A DNA stretch of 64,000 bases from Candidatus Bathyarchaeota archaeon (lineage in GTDB: Archaea; Thermoproteota; Bathyarchaeia; Bathyarchaeales; Bathycorpusculaceae). Location: the NCBI GenBank assembly GCA_963720565.1, contig CAVRFW010000012.1, positions 64,001 to 128,000 of the forward strand, read 5' to 3'. Both the position numbers and the translations under genes were made by a program. The notes under the pieces are model-generated. The model was not told the DNA's origin, did not search any database, and worked only from the letters and a program-made list of their open reading frames with translations. Shown here one piece after another: positions 18,649 to 29,219 of this stretch (position 1 is its first letter; each line of letters begins with the position of its first letter).

Positions 18649-18799
18649 ACTTTGACTTAATATCAGGGTACTTCGAAAGCCCGCTCGTTTGGTGCACATA
18701 TAAATGCGATCTCGCACGCACCTAAAATTTGTTCCCAATCCAATGTTTTGAGTATGCAATGCGAATGCACTATAAGGAACGAAATACGTATTACCAGAA

Positions 18800-18997
18800 A
18801 TGCAACCTAATCAGCAGAGGAGCCAAATCAAACCTGGCATTAAAGTAAAAATCGTCTTGAAGCAAGACCAGCGGAGTGGCAAATTAACCGAGGGCATCGT
18901 CAAAGATATCCTCACAAACAGTTCAACTCATCCCCATGGAATTAAGGTACGCCTCACAGACGGAAAAGTCGGTAGGATACAATTACTAATAAAATAG
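18800..18997 (+). CDS. YwbE-family protein
   Basis: IVLKQDQRSGKLTEGIVKDILTNSSTHPHGIKVRL.DGKVGR. Confidence 0.9.
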   Translation: MQPNQQRSQIKPGIKVKIVLKQDQRSGKLTEGIVKDILTNSSTHPHGIKVRLTDGKVGRIQLLIK

Positions 18998-19088
18998 TGT
19001 AGCAGCTTGGTTGAGTTGCAGACGCTAATGGACCATTGAGCGAACGCAACTCGGAGTTGACTGGAGTAGATCTTAGACTCCAAATCCG

Positions 19089-20004
19089 TTAGGGAGAGAT
19101 TAAGGATGCGATTGTTTCTTCTATTTTTGAGACGGATTTTTCAAAGCGCGTTTGGGACTCATCTGATAGTTTGAGTTCAATAATTTTTTCTATGCCGTTT
19201 CTTCCTAGAACGACGGGGACTCCTATGGAGACTCTTGAGCAACTGTATTCGCCCTGTGGGCATGTGGAGACGCTCATCACACGGTTTCTTCCTTTTAGAA
19301 CGGCGTCTGCCATCATAGCGATGACGGCACCCGGAGCGTAGGTTGTAGCTCCTTTTAGTTTGATTACGTCGGCTCCCGAGTTTATGGTGAGGTTGACGAT
19401 TTTGTCTATTTGTTCCTTCTCTAGAAGGGTGGTGATGGGTATTCCCGAGACGCTGGCGTATTCTACGAGTGGAACCATGGAGTCTCCGTGTTCGCCTATC
19501 ACTAGGGCGTTTGTGTCTTCTCTTGAGACGTTGAGTTCTTGGGCGATGTATGATCTGAAACGATGGGTGTCAAGTATGTTTCCCATGCCGAAAACGTGAT
19601 TCGGAGGGAAGCCGGATTCTTTTCTTGCTATGAACGTCATTATGTCAACGGGGTTTGTAACTATCATCAATTTGGAGTCTGGTGCATGACTTCGCGACTT
19701 CTTTGACTGTTGAGGTGATGATTTTCGAGTTGTTGACTATGAGCTCCATACGTGTCATGCCTGGTTTTCTGCCTTGACCGGCAATGATTATTACGAGCTC
19801 AGAGCCTTCCATTTCCTCGAAGTCGTCTGTCCCGCGGATATTTCCGTCGAATTCTATGGCAGGTGCGGCCTGCATCATGTCTAGTGCCTCACCTCTTGCC
19901 AAGTCTGCATTGAGGTCAACGAGAACCACATCGCCGATTTGGTATTTGAGAATCTCGAAAGCAGCTGAGCTTCCTACTTTTCCAGCTCCAATAATTGTTA
20001 TCAT
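19089..20004 (-). CDS. mdh: Malate dehydrogenase (LDH-like), one frameshift near 19680
   Basis: IIGAGKVG, RKPGMTR, VTNPVD, LD-x-x-R, GEHGD across two adjacent ORFs. Confidence 0.9.
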
Positions 20005-20152
20005 AAGAACCACTGTTGACTATTCCCTTAGACTGATAAAGGTAACGTGAAATCAGGTAATGTGCTAATTGCGGAGTCTTAGTTCACGCGAGAAATGACT
20101 AAATGCATCAAGCTAATAGTGCGCGTTCAAATATTTTGTCGCCTAATTTTTT

Positions 20153-20803
20153 TTAGGTTTTCTTGAAGTTTAGCTGGTAAGAAACAATGTTTCCGAATTC
20201 TTTTTCGAGTTTGAAATCTGCTTGCTGAGCCCATTTTTTCTCAGTGTTTTTTCTAGGATAATCTGGGTCAATTATTAGTTCACACAGGCACAATAGACCA
20301 TTGGGTTTGAGAACTCGGTTGCATTCGCGAAGTACCAAAACGGGATTAGGAATCTCAGGCAATGCTGACATTGACAAAACTCGGTCTATGCTTTCATCTG
20401 GGAAAGACATGTTGTAGGCGTTGTCAACCCTAGGATAAATGTTGGTGAGTCCTTCTTTCTTAACTCGTTCTTCCAAGCGTCTAATAACTTGCTCTTGAAT
20501 GTCGACGGCAAATACTTTTCCATCGGGCAGAACGCGCTCGGCAAGAGCCTCTGAATATGTTCCGGTTCCAGGTCCAATCTCAATCACTACCATTCCAGGC
20601 TCCAGTTCCATTCTATCGGCTATGGAACTTGGGTTCTGAATCAGGGCTCTACGAATTCGATTATCAATCAGCGGCACGGCAAACGATGGTGTAGGGAAAT
20701 GAAAATAATGCCTGACAAATCTAAGCAGAACAAGGAACAAGAAAAGGAGAATTGAAATTACTATCAAAATCCATTTTGCGGCCTCAAGCAACAATGGAAT
20801 CAC
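20153..20803 (-). CDS. Class I SAM-dependent methyltransferase with an N-terminal TM segment
   Basis: VIEIGPGTG, AVDIQ, RVLKPNG. Confidence 0.88.
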   Translation of the reverse strand: MIPLLLEAAKWILIVISILLFLFLVLLRFVRHYFHFPTPSFAVPLIDNRIRRALIQNPSSIADRMELEPGMVVIEIGPGTGTYSEALAERVLPDGKVFAVDIQEQVIRRLEERVKKEGLTNIYPRVDNAYNMSFPDESIDRVLSMSALPEIPNPVLVLRECNRVLKPNGLLCLCELIIDPDYPRKNTEKKWAQQADFKLEKEFGNIVSYQLNFKKT

Positions 20804-20904
20804 ATAAACACCTTAGCATACTGTTCTCATACAAGGTATTAGCATTTTACTCATATCGCGCGCTGACTGAGCTTGGTAGAAGTTTTTGGGCGAAAACCTA
20901 TTTT

Positions 20905-21831
20905 CTAGACTATTCCGAACAGCAAGAAATACGAAATTAGGTATCCGAGTATGGCTCCTGAACAGAGAAGGGGTAGACCTGCTTGCGGCTTTCCCTTGAT
21001 CACAAATGTCATGAGTACCATGAAACCCATGAGGGTACCCGCCAAGACCGATAATGCTGTGAGTAGGGCGTTACTTGCCGTGTTGTGAAAGACTGAAACG
21101 GCAAGAATCCCAGGAAATACAACATCTCCTACTCCCAGGAAATAGGCTTCTCGTGCTTCGCCTTCTTGCAGTTTTTCTTTCAGGCTTCTTGTTTCTTTGA
21201 GAAGAGAGTACCCTTTGTTTTTTGGGATGACGAACATTACTGGAAGTTTCCTGTCGATGATGCTGTCAGCAAGGTCTATCATGTGCTTGCTCTTGTACAC
21301 TGAGAACGCGTCGTACGCAGCCATTGCAATTAACAGTGGAATTACTATCCAGATGTCAAGTGAAATGCCTATCATTGCTGTGGCGCCGACTCCTGTCAGG
21401 ATGGCAACTGCGTCCACTACATACCATTCAGGTTTCTTAATGAGCAGTAATGTCAGAGCGGCTGAACCGACTATTGACAGACCCAGGGTTAACCACCCGT
21501 TTGAGCTGACGAGAGATAGGAGCGGGTAGAACACGTAGAGGCCTAGCACAGCTGTGGCGCCCAGAAAGATCACGCGCAGAAAATTTGCCTTCTTTAGTTT
21601 TATGATAATTAATATTGCTGCCGTGATGACCATTAACATGCCGAAGAAGTACGCTATGTTCCATGGGTCGCTTGGGTTCTCAAATGCAACTGCACCTGCC
21701 GCCTCAAATGGCCCTGCCACCAAGAAAGACAGCAGGAAGATCACGACAAACAAGGCACCCATTGACAAAACGGGTAATACGTCAACGGTTTTTGGCTTAT
21801 TCATTTTACCTGAAGATTGAGAGTCATCCAT
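20905..21831 (-). CDS. Presenilin-family intramembrane aspartyl protease (PSH)
   Basis: YD (AAYDAFSVY), LGVGD (GxGD) and PQAGLP motifs; about 9 TM segments. Confidence 0.92.
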   Translation of the reverse strand: MDDSQSSGKMNKPKTVDVLPVLSMGALFVVIFLLSFLVAGPFEAAGAVAFENPSDPWNIAYFFGMLMVITAAILIIIKLKKANFLRVIFLGATAVLGLYVFYPLLSLVSSNGWLTLGLSIVGSAALTLLLIKKPEWYVVDAVAILTGVGATAMIGISLDIWIVIPLLIAMAAYDAFSVYKSKHMIDLADSIIDRKLPVMFVIPKNKGYSLLKETRSLKEKLQEGEAREAYFLGVGDVVFPGILAVSVFHNTASNALLTALSVLAGTLMGFMVLMTFVIKGKPQAGLPLLCSGAILGYLISYFLLFGIV

Positions 21832-21855
21832 TTATTATTATCCCTTCAACAGGGG

Positions 21856-22296
21856 CTATTCTACTTTAAAGACGAATCTGTAACGGTCTTTTCCGGCCTT
21901 TGACACTTCAACAATTTCAAAAAAGCCTATCTCTCTTGTGTTTTCAACGTGAGGGTCTTTGCAGGGTGTCTTGTCGAAACTTTCGATTTCCACAATTCTG
22001 ACATCTCTCACGGAAGACGGAACCCTAGTCAAATCAAAATCTTTCTCAGCATTTTCCCTATCCAAGATGTACTTGTTAACTCGAAGATTCTTCCGTATCG
22101 TCGCGTTGACCTCGTTTTCCAGCGTTTCTCGGTCGATCTTTCGCAAATCCGTTTCAGAGGAAATTTCCATTTGCCCAGCATTCTCTGCAAACTTCGAGAT
22201 AACGAATTTTGTGGTTTGAAACTTGCTCTCCAATGTCCTGGCAAGGATGTGTTCGGCAGTTTGAAGTCTGCCTTCGTTTGGCTTCATAATAACCAT
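21856..22296 (-). CDS. Stand-alone AlaX-like tRNA editing domain
   Basis: TAEHIL...VRIVEIESFDKTPCKDPHV.NT.EIG. Confidence 0.8.
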   Translation of the reverse strand: MVIMKPNEGRLQTAEHILARTLESKFQTTKFVISKFAENAGQMEISSETDLRKIDRETLENEVNATIRKNLRVNKYILDRENAEKDFDLTRVPSSVRDVRIVEIESFDKTPCKDPHVENTREIGFFEIVEVSKAGKDRYRFVFKVE

Positions 22297-22372
22297 TCAA
22301 AACATATGGCTCTACTTAAGAATCTAGTTGTCTACGCACAGCAACAATGGTCAACAACAAGCGTGAATGCTT

Positions 22373-22999
22373 CTATTTCTTCTTTCTCTTAAGAGCTACT
22401 ACCGTTATGACTGCGAAGAATGCTATGCCTATTGCTGCTATGACGTAGAGAACTTCTGGAGGCAAGGATCCAGTGGGTGTTGTCGTCGGTTCAGGCGATG
22501 GAGTAGGCGAAGCTGAAGGCGTAGGCGATTGTGAGGGTGAAGCCGTAGGTGAGGGAGTTGGCGAAATGCTTGGTGTTGGCGTAGACGTAGGAACAGGTGT
22601 TGGTGTAGGTGTGGGTGTTGGAATTATTACCGTGCCAGACCATGTACTATATCCATGAAGATTGCATAAAGCACGTGCTCTAACCGAGTATGTATTGCTG
22701 TTCGATCCCAGACTATACTGAACGGTGAATGTTTCTGTGCTCTGAGGTTCCTGCGTGAGGTCTGTAGTTGTCCCGTTGATTTCAAGCTGAACCACTGGTA
22801 CGTAATGTGAAGCGCCAATCGCAGTCGGAGGTTGATGAGACACAACAATATCCAGCCATATTGTTGATCCGACTTCGTGGGAACTAATACTCATAATGCT
22901 TGGAACGTTAGCTTTGACCGCTGGCACATGAACGCCACCAAAAACTAAAGCCACGAGCAGTAATGAAACTGTAGCCAAAAACAATACTTTATGGTTCAA
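22373..22999 (-). CDS. Surface protein: signal peptide, superoxide-reductase-like His/Cys domain, Pro/Thr stalk, C-terminal TM anchor
   Basis: SH..SH..SHYV...RALCNLHG, then (PT/PS)n, a TM segment and KRKKK. Confidence 0.75.
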   Translation of the reverse strand: MNHKVLFLATVSLLLVALVFGGVHVPAVKANVPSIMSISSHEVGSTIWLDIVVSHQPPTAIGASHYVPVVQLEINGTTTDLTQEPQSTETFTVQYSLGSNSNTYSVRARALCNLHGYSTWSGTVIIPTPTPTPTPVPTSTPTPSISPTPSPTASPSQSPTPSASPTPSPEPTTTPTGSLPPEVLYVIAAIGIAFFAVITVVALKRKKK

Positions 23000-23483
23000 T
23001 CTCTACTCTCCAAGAAATTGAAATGGCCTAAGACGGTTATAAGGCTATGTTGTTGCTATGACATAACAACTGTCAGCCGTAAGGGGAAGCTTATTTTGGC
23101 AGGGCTAGTGCGCCTTCTCCAGGGCTCGTGAAGGTCTCTTCAAAAACAGTCGGTTATCCGAAGTTTGCCTGTCTCTTGCAGTATGTTTGAGGAAGACCTA
23201 TCTAAGTCGTGCAACGCTCTCGGGTGAGCAAATAGGAGAGGGAGCGGTTTTTTCTAAAAACAATAGATTTGCCTCTGCGTTCGCGTGGTAGTTTCTGGCT
23301 GCGATAGTTCATATTCTTCTCTTGAAAAGTACTAAGCGAAAAAGGAGTAGAAGAACAACTGCAGAAAAATCGTCGCAAACGCTTGTTTTCCTTCTTCTAT
23401 TCTTACATGGTTCCATGGGCAGCAGCCATAGGTTAAGCATATTAGTTCCAAGCGGGGAAGTTATATTATTCGAAGGTGATTTT

Positions 23484-23711
23484 GTGTCTTCAAGGTCTCA
23501 ACCTAAAGCCAGCATGAGAGTCAGAATGGAAAATGGTGATTTTTTGAATTTGACTGTTTGGGCTGGAAAGAAAGATCCTGAGGCTGAAGTTATCACGGTG
23601 CAAGTTAGGCGTCTAGTGGGGGATCAGTGGGAGACCGTTGGAAAGATAGCTGCTTACCGAACCAAGCAAGGAGACTACTCGCAGCTGCCAGAACGCAGCC
23701 AGTCCACATAA
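23484..23711 (+). CDS. Small hypothetical protein
   Basis: GTG start with an AGGTGA RBS; MSSRSQPKASMRVRMENGDFLNLTVW...YSQLPERSQST. Confidence 0.65.
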   Translation: MSSRSQPKASMRVRMENGDFLNLTVWAGKKDPEAEVITVQVRRLVGDQWETVGKIAAYRTKQGDYSQLPERSQST

Positions 23712-23838
23712 CCGGCTAAGTATGGTTCAGATGAATTGCAGATAATTTCTACTGGTTATGGTCCGGCAGCCCATTACGAGACTGTGTTGCGATTTTGTTA
23801 TTTCTTTGCACATCTGCTTGAATCGTGTAAGCCAGAGA

Positions 23839-24979
23839 TTACCGGTTTTCGATTGAAACAAATGGCCTATTGAATTCGCCAACGTACTTTGATGCTGGAC
23901 GCAATAGAACTGCGTCCTCATACTGCTCTATCACATGAGCGACCCAGCCAGATATCCTACTTGAGGCAAAAAACGGGGTGAAAAACTCCTTAGGCACCCC
24001 TAAAGCATCCATGGCAACAGCCGCGTAGAAATCCACGTTAGGATAAATTTTCCTCCTACCGTAAACAATCTCCTCAATCTTGATGCATTTATTGTACAAA
24101 TCCAAAGTCCTGTCACGATGGCTAAGATCTTCCACCATGCCCCTGAGATGTTTCGTTCTAGGATCTTGCGCCCTGTAGACTCGGTGTCCAAAACCCATAA
24201 TCTTTTTCTGGTCATCCAAAAGACCGTTGATATACTCTTCCACTTCTTCCTCAAGATTAATGTCATCTAGCATTTCCATGACCTTCTCGCTGGCGCCACC
24301 ATGCAAGGGGCCCTTTAGGGTTCCTATTGCAGAAGTCACAGCTGAATACATATCCGAGTTTGTGCTTGCTGTTACGCGAGCTGCAAAAGTGGAAGCGTTA
24401 AATCCGTGGTCAGCATGAAGAGTCATGTAACGATGCAAAACATTTGTCTCACTTTCGTCCGGAATTGCACCTTTAAACATGTAGAGATAGTTTTCAGAGA
24501 AGCCGAACTCACTTTTCGGTTCAGGAACTGTCTTGTTAAGGCGGCTTCTGTGTATGGTAGCAACTATGACGGGCACTTGGGCTATCAATCGCGCAGCTCT
24601 TCTCAGGTTAGCCGCCTCAGAGAAGTCATTGCCTTCGGGATCATATTCGGCTAGCCGGGAAACTTCGGTTCGCAGTATATGCATCGGGTGACAATGTTTA
24701 GGAGTGCGTTTTATGCTGTCAACAATTGGATCGGGCAGTTTCATATCGGAAACAAGTTCACTTCTGAAATTGTCAAGCTCTCTGCTGGGTTGGAAGCCTT
24801 TTGTGAACAAGAAGATAAGCAACCTCTGCGTAAGTAACTCGCCCCACTAAATCGTCGATGTTGTAACCTAAATAATAAAGAAACCCGTTGAAGTCAACAT
24901 AGCTTATTCGGGTTTCAGCCGCGGCAACATCTCTTAATCCTCGAACAACGACACGATCAGATTCTTTAATCATGGGCAT
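23839..24979 (-). CDS. gltA: Citrate synthase (or 2-methylcitrate synthase), frameshift near 24810
   Basis: GLRDV, HPM, LHADHGFNASTF, GPLHGGA, MGFGHRVY, YPNVDFY. Confidence 0.92.
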
Positions 24980-25271
24980 TCACCATCCTTTTCGCTAAGG
25001 TTTGCGTGTGCGATTCCGAACTATAACAGAACGGAACTTATGCATATTCCTTTTCGTTCGAGACGGGTTATCCTGGTCAATTATGAAGTGAACAGCGCAC
25101 GAAATCTCGTTTTCGATATTTTTCATATAGAACGTAGGAAAACTCCTTATTTTGAGATTCGCACGCTAATCAACTTTTTGGGAGGCAAGATATCGTTAGA
25201 TTCAGCGAGATTTACCTGAACATCCAACATGGTGCTACGTTTGTTGATCTGGAAGTTTATGCTTTTTGGCG

Positions 25272-26367
25272 TTACCAATCCATCTCTGCCTGGTAGTAGA
25301 CTCTTCCGTTGCCGTATTCATAAGTAAAGGCGTAGACTGCACCGTCTTTCCATCGTGCAATGACCTGCGCCCCCTCGTTCATTGAAGCCAATGCGTAGCA
25401 GCCGTAAGCGTCAATGTGATAGACTGTGCTCTGGCTTTCAAGTGAAGTGCCTAAAGGATTGTCCATAACCAAGTTGGCTGTTCCGCCTGAATTCACAAAA
25501 CGCAGCGCTGCCGAACCAGTCTTGGATTGAAGAAAGGTTTTGGCCCCCAGTCACATAAGGCCACATATCTTTGCAGTAAGTTGCGAAATAACATGGAATA
25601 CCGCTGAGGATGACAACACTGCCACCGCTGTTCAAGTAGTCTCTCACAACTTGATCGTGCTTGGGTTCAACCGCGAACCAAGCTTCAAAAACTACCAAGT
25701 CGTAGCATGACAGGTCCTCTGGAACATCACCCACGCACACAACTGTGAACCCTTGCTGCTCTATGACCTTAACCATAACGTTCTTTATTTGCCCGAGTTG
25801 TCCTTCCCTCCACCAAGGACCCCAATCTGCCCCATCCGATAAGTGGTGCGCAAGGTAATTGTCATACCAGTTGATGTACAGAACTGAATTGCCCTCTTCT
25901 GCTGCCCATCTTGCTCCTGCGCCAAACAGCGTCAAAGAAGGAGCTAAATCGTCTGCAGGTGAATGTTCCAAGTCTCGAACTATGCTAATTTTCACTTCTA
26001 ATTGGGATGCTGGGGCTGTGCTCGAAACAGAAAGCCACGCGTCAAGGATATTTTCACCTGGCTCGATTGTATAAACATTATTGCTGAATGCAACGTGTTT
26101 TTCCTGATATCCCGTGTCATTCAAACTGAAGCTCAAACAAGCATTGTAGCTAACAGAAGCGCGGTTCTCCACCGTGACGGTAAACTCTAATGTTTCACCA
26201 GGAAAAAGGGTTAAAACAGTATCAAACGGCAAGACCTCAAGAGGCTCCTTCACCTCCAAATTGATCGTTTCTGACTGCAGAGAACTTCCACCTGCAAATT
26301 CTAGGCTAGAAATAAAAATCACTGCAGTAAAAAGAAAACCAAAAGATGCTCGTTTATTCATAGACAT
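25272..26367 (-). CDS. Secreted protein with Ig-like and class I glutamine-amidotransferase-like domains, frameshift near 25500
   Basis: Signal peptide; DLSCYDLVV...YLNSGGSVV; continues in ORF 25272-25496 (YEYGNGRVYY). Confidence 0.65.
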
Positions 26368-26405
26368 CGATAAATCTGATCTCAGCAGCTCTAAAAAGCG
26401 TTCTT

Positions 26406-26455
26406 GTAAAGGTTTCTTGACTAAAACCAGATTTTGTCAGTCAAAATTTCTTGAC
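26406..26455. promoter_or_regulatory. Tandem palindromic operator, GTCAA-N6-TTGAC type
   Basis: GTAAAGGTTTCTTGAC (26406-21) and GTCAAAATTTCTTGAC (26440-55); the same arrangement recurs at 47473-47513. Confidence 0.55.
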
Positions 26456-26564
26456 TAAGCACCCCTGAACGCTCGATTGTCAATCAATAGGTCTTGGGCA
26501 CGCATGACTAAACGCTTTCGTAAACGAGAGCGAGATCATATCTTGATGGAGACATTCTAAGCGC

Positions 26565-26928
26565 TCACGTGCTGTTGACTGCTGCCTTGAAGTTGTAAGA
26601 TCCAATAGCTGTAATTGTGTATGTTGCACGCGCAATTCCCCCGCGATTAGTTTTCTGGGTCGCAAAATGAGTCCACTCACCGCCATTGAGTGAATAGAAG
26701 AATGCGATGTCTGATTCCGTCTCCGACAGAGTTACCGTTGATTCTGACTCTGGCTGTCAAAGAAACCTCACCGTTTCGGACCGAGGAAGATAGAGTAATT
26801 GTGAACTGCATATCTACGTGCACTACGTTGCTCGTAACCTGGAACATGCCATAAGCAGCCAAGTCGCTTCCCACTACGCAAAGCAGAAGAACAATGGCTA
26901 ATAACGTTTTCATAGGCGTTTTTGGCAT
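26565..26928 (-). CDS. Small secreted Ig-like protein, one frameshift
   Basis: Signal peptide. The corrected C-terminus reads DIAFFYSLNGGEWTHFATQKTNRGGIARATYTITAIGSYNFKAAVNST*. Confidence 0.65.
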
Positions 26929-27130
26929 GTTCTCACTTCGGGTTCTTCTTGCAGCTATTGTTCGTAACGTTAACAGAATTATGTTAATAACATAAGTGAT
27001 TTATGAACTATGAATAATCATTGTTTGAAGCGTATGCAGTTTTCGCAAGAATTCTATGGCTTGTTGAATGCAAACTTTGCTGTCAGGTTTGTTTTGGTTC
27101 GAGTTAGGTGTGCGTTTTAGTTTCCAAAGT

Positions 27131-27612
27131 TCGCGCGCTGCTTTGTCCCGAAAATGGTTAAAAATGGTTATAAGTCCGATTTGGCTAATTAGAGTCTGAA
27201 ATGGACTATTTTGAAAGTCGCATATTGGCCGCGCTCAAAGACGGCAAACCCCACACGTTCAGCCAAATCCAAGGACAAGTAACCTTCAGCCACAACACCC
27301 TCCAACAGCACCTCACCCAACTCGTCGAGAAAGGCCTTGTTCTCAAAGGAGAAACACCCTCAGAAAAGCTTCGGAAGACCCAAATACGCCTACCGTGTCC
27401 CGTCCAAGACGGCTAAGCAGGTTGCGGGTGCGCTGGAAGATCCTGGTGTGGAGTTGGTGACCATGCCGTTTAGCAGGGTTAGGCATGTTTGCAGGTTTGA
27501 GAAGGGCGGCTGGTGCAAAGAGAAGAAGGCGCAGTGTTCGCCTCAAATCTGCCCCCAAATCCGAAAATAAGACTTATCACCACTTTACACCAATAAAGGG
27601 ACCAGCGCGCGA
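27131..27612. mobile_element. Putative mini-element with ~45-bp imperfect terminal inverted repeats (TIRs) carrying one wHTH gene
   Basis: Left end: TCGCGCGCTG-cttt-GTCCC-gaaaa-TGGTtaAAAaTGGTtATAAGTC. Right end, reverse-complemented: TCGCGCGCTG-GTCCC-tttat-TGGTgtAAAgTGGTgATAAGTC. Confidence 0.55.
27201..27570 (+). CDS. Winged-helix (ArsR-like) protein with a C-terminal Cys4 motif, one frameshift near 27348
   Basis: RILAALKDG...FSHNTLQQHLTQLVEKGLV...GRPKYAY...CRFEKGGWCKEKKAQCSPQICP; about 122 aa after correction. Confidence 0.8.
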
Positions 27613-27864
27613 AAAGCAGTTGCGTAGGTAAAGGTGACTGAGTCGCCAGCTTTTATCCAGATGCCGTTTGAGAGTTGCCGGAGGGCTTTTGTTTCACCCT
27701 GAATTGTTGCTATCGTTCTTGATGTGCCGGGATGTAACGCATTAAGAGTTAGAAAAATCTTTTTCTTGGCAGGATAGATTCACAAGGATTGGAACCATCA
27801 AGGCACACGCACGTAAGCTTAATCTGATAGAATCGAAATCTCCACTTCTAATCAGGATGACCAA

Positions 27865-29105
27865 ATGACGCTTCAAAGCAGAATGGGGAAAGAGTTTTCG
27901 TTCATAAAAGGCAACTATGCCATACTGGTTGTAAGCTGGATCCTGATTGATTTCGCCTCAGAAATCCCAGCGACCTACTATGCCCTGTACGTTCTCAAAC
28001 TGGGAGCCACTGAGACAATACTTGGAATGATCGGGCTAGGCAGGTTTCCTTGCCTTGGCTTCGATGCAATTTCCAGGGGGATATTTGGCAGACAAGTTCG
28101 GAAGGAAATGGCTTGTTTCTTCCATGACTTTTGGAGTAGCATTATCCTACACGCTCTACGCTATTGCACCGTCATGGGTTTTCATCCTGATCGGGGCGGT
28201 TCTGACTAACTTTTTTAACTCGATTTACCAGCCCGCTCTGATGGCGATGATTTCAGATTCTTTGCCTTCTGAGAGACGTGGAATGGGTTTTGGCATAATC
28301 ATGTTAATAACAAGCACTTCTACCACTCCAGGCCCTTGTCGCAGCCCTCCTCTACAACCAGTTCGGAATGGAGTTGGGCATGAGAATAGCGTACGGCATT
28401 GTCGTTACCCTTTTCTTATTGCTTCAGTTCTTCGATTCCGGCTCAAGGAAACCTTCATAGACACGCCTAAGCCCTCTTGGAAAGAGTTTTTCCGCTCCTA
28501 TCCCACCTCGTTGAGGGAAAGTGTGAGGGTTTGGAAGAGAGTTCCAAGTTCAATGTTCTACTTGTTTCTGACCCGGAGCGATCATGATGTTTGGAGTTGC
28601 GGCCGTGCAGATTTATCTAGTGGTTTACGCGGTGAATGTTCTTCTGTAGATGCGACGGTATGGGCATACGTCTTGCTAGCTTTGCCTATTACAATGATAG
28701 TCTTTTCAATTCCTATTGGAAAGTTTGTAGACAAAATAAACAGGAAAATGCCCATATTGGCGTCATACGGCTTCTTCTTCTTCTCGTTGCTGTTTTTCGT
28801 AAGCGGCTGGTCTGTCTCTCTGCTTTTCCTGGCCCTAGTGTTTCTTAGGAGTTGGACTCGTCATGATGAACTCTGGATCTAGCGCCCTGCAAGCTGACCT
28901 GACACCCAAAGAAAGTCGCGGAAAAGTCCAAGGTTTCTCAAGCTTCGTTAACAACATTATGATGGCGCTGGGTGCTGTCACAGGCGGATTTCTTTATGAA
29001 CATTTTTCCCCTGCAATACCCTTCTATGTTTCAATGGGACTTGTCATTCCAGCCTTTCTCCTTACGCTGGCATTGGTCCATGAGCCCAAAGACAGACAAG
29101 AGTAG
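27865..29105 (+). CDS. MFS transporter, several frameshifts
   Basis: GYLADKFGRK, ERRG and ESRGK motifs spread over three consecutive ORFs. Confidence 0.85.
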
Positions 29106-29219
29106 ACACACGGAAAAGGATTTTGAAAACACGGGAATCGAAATGTTGGCTATCCCAAGTTTTATTTATATTTATTGCGTCATTATGAATGAAGGAGAAA
29201 ATGGTGTAGCGATCTCAGA

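Noticed and set aside
22470..22625. Repetitive GGTGTT/GTAGG DNA
   Set aside because: It encodes the Pro/Thr linker; it is not a CRISPR array or a non-coding repeat.
27340..27355. Programmed IS-type frameshift in the wHTH gene
   Set aside because: There is no canonical slippery heptamer, and the window-wide indel rate explains it more simply.
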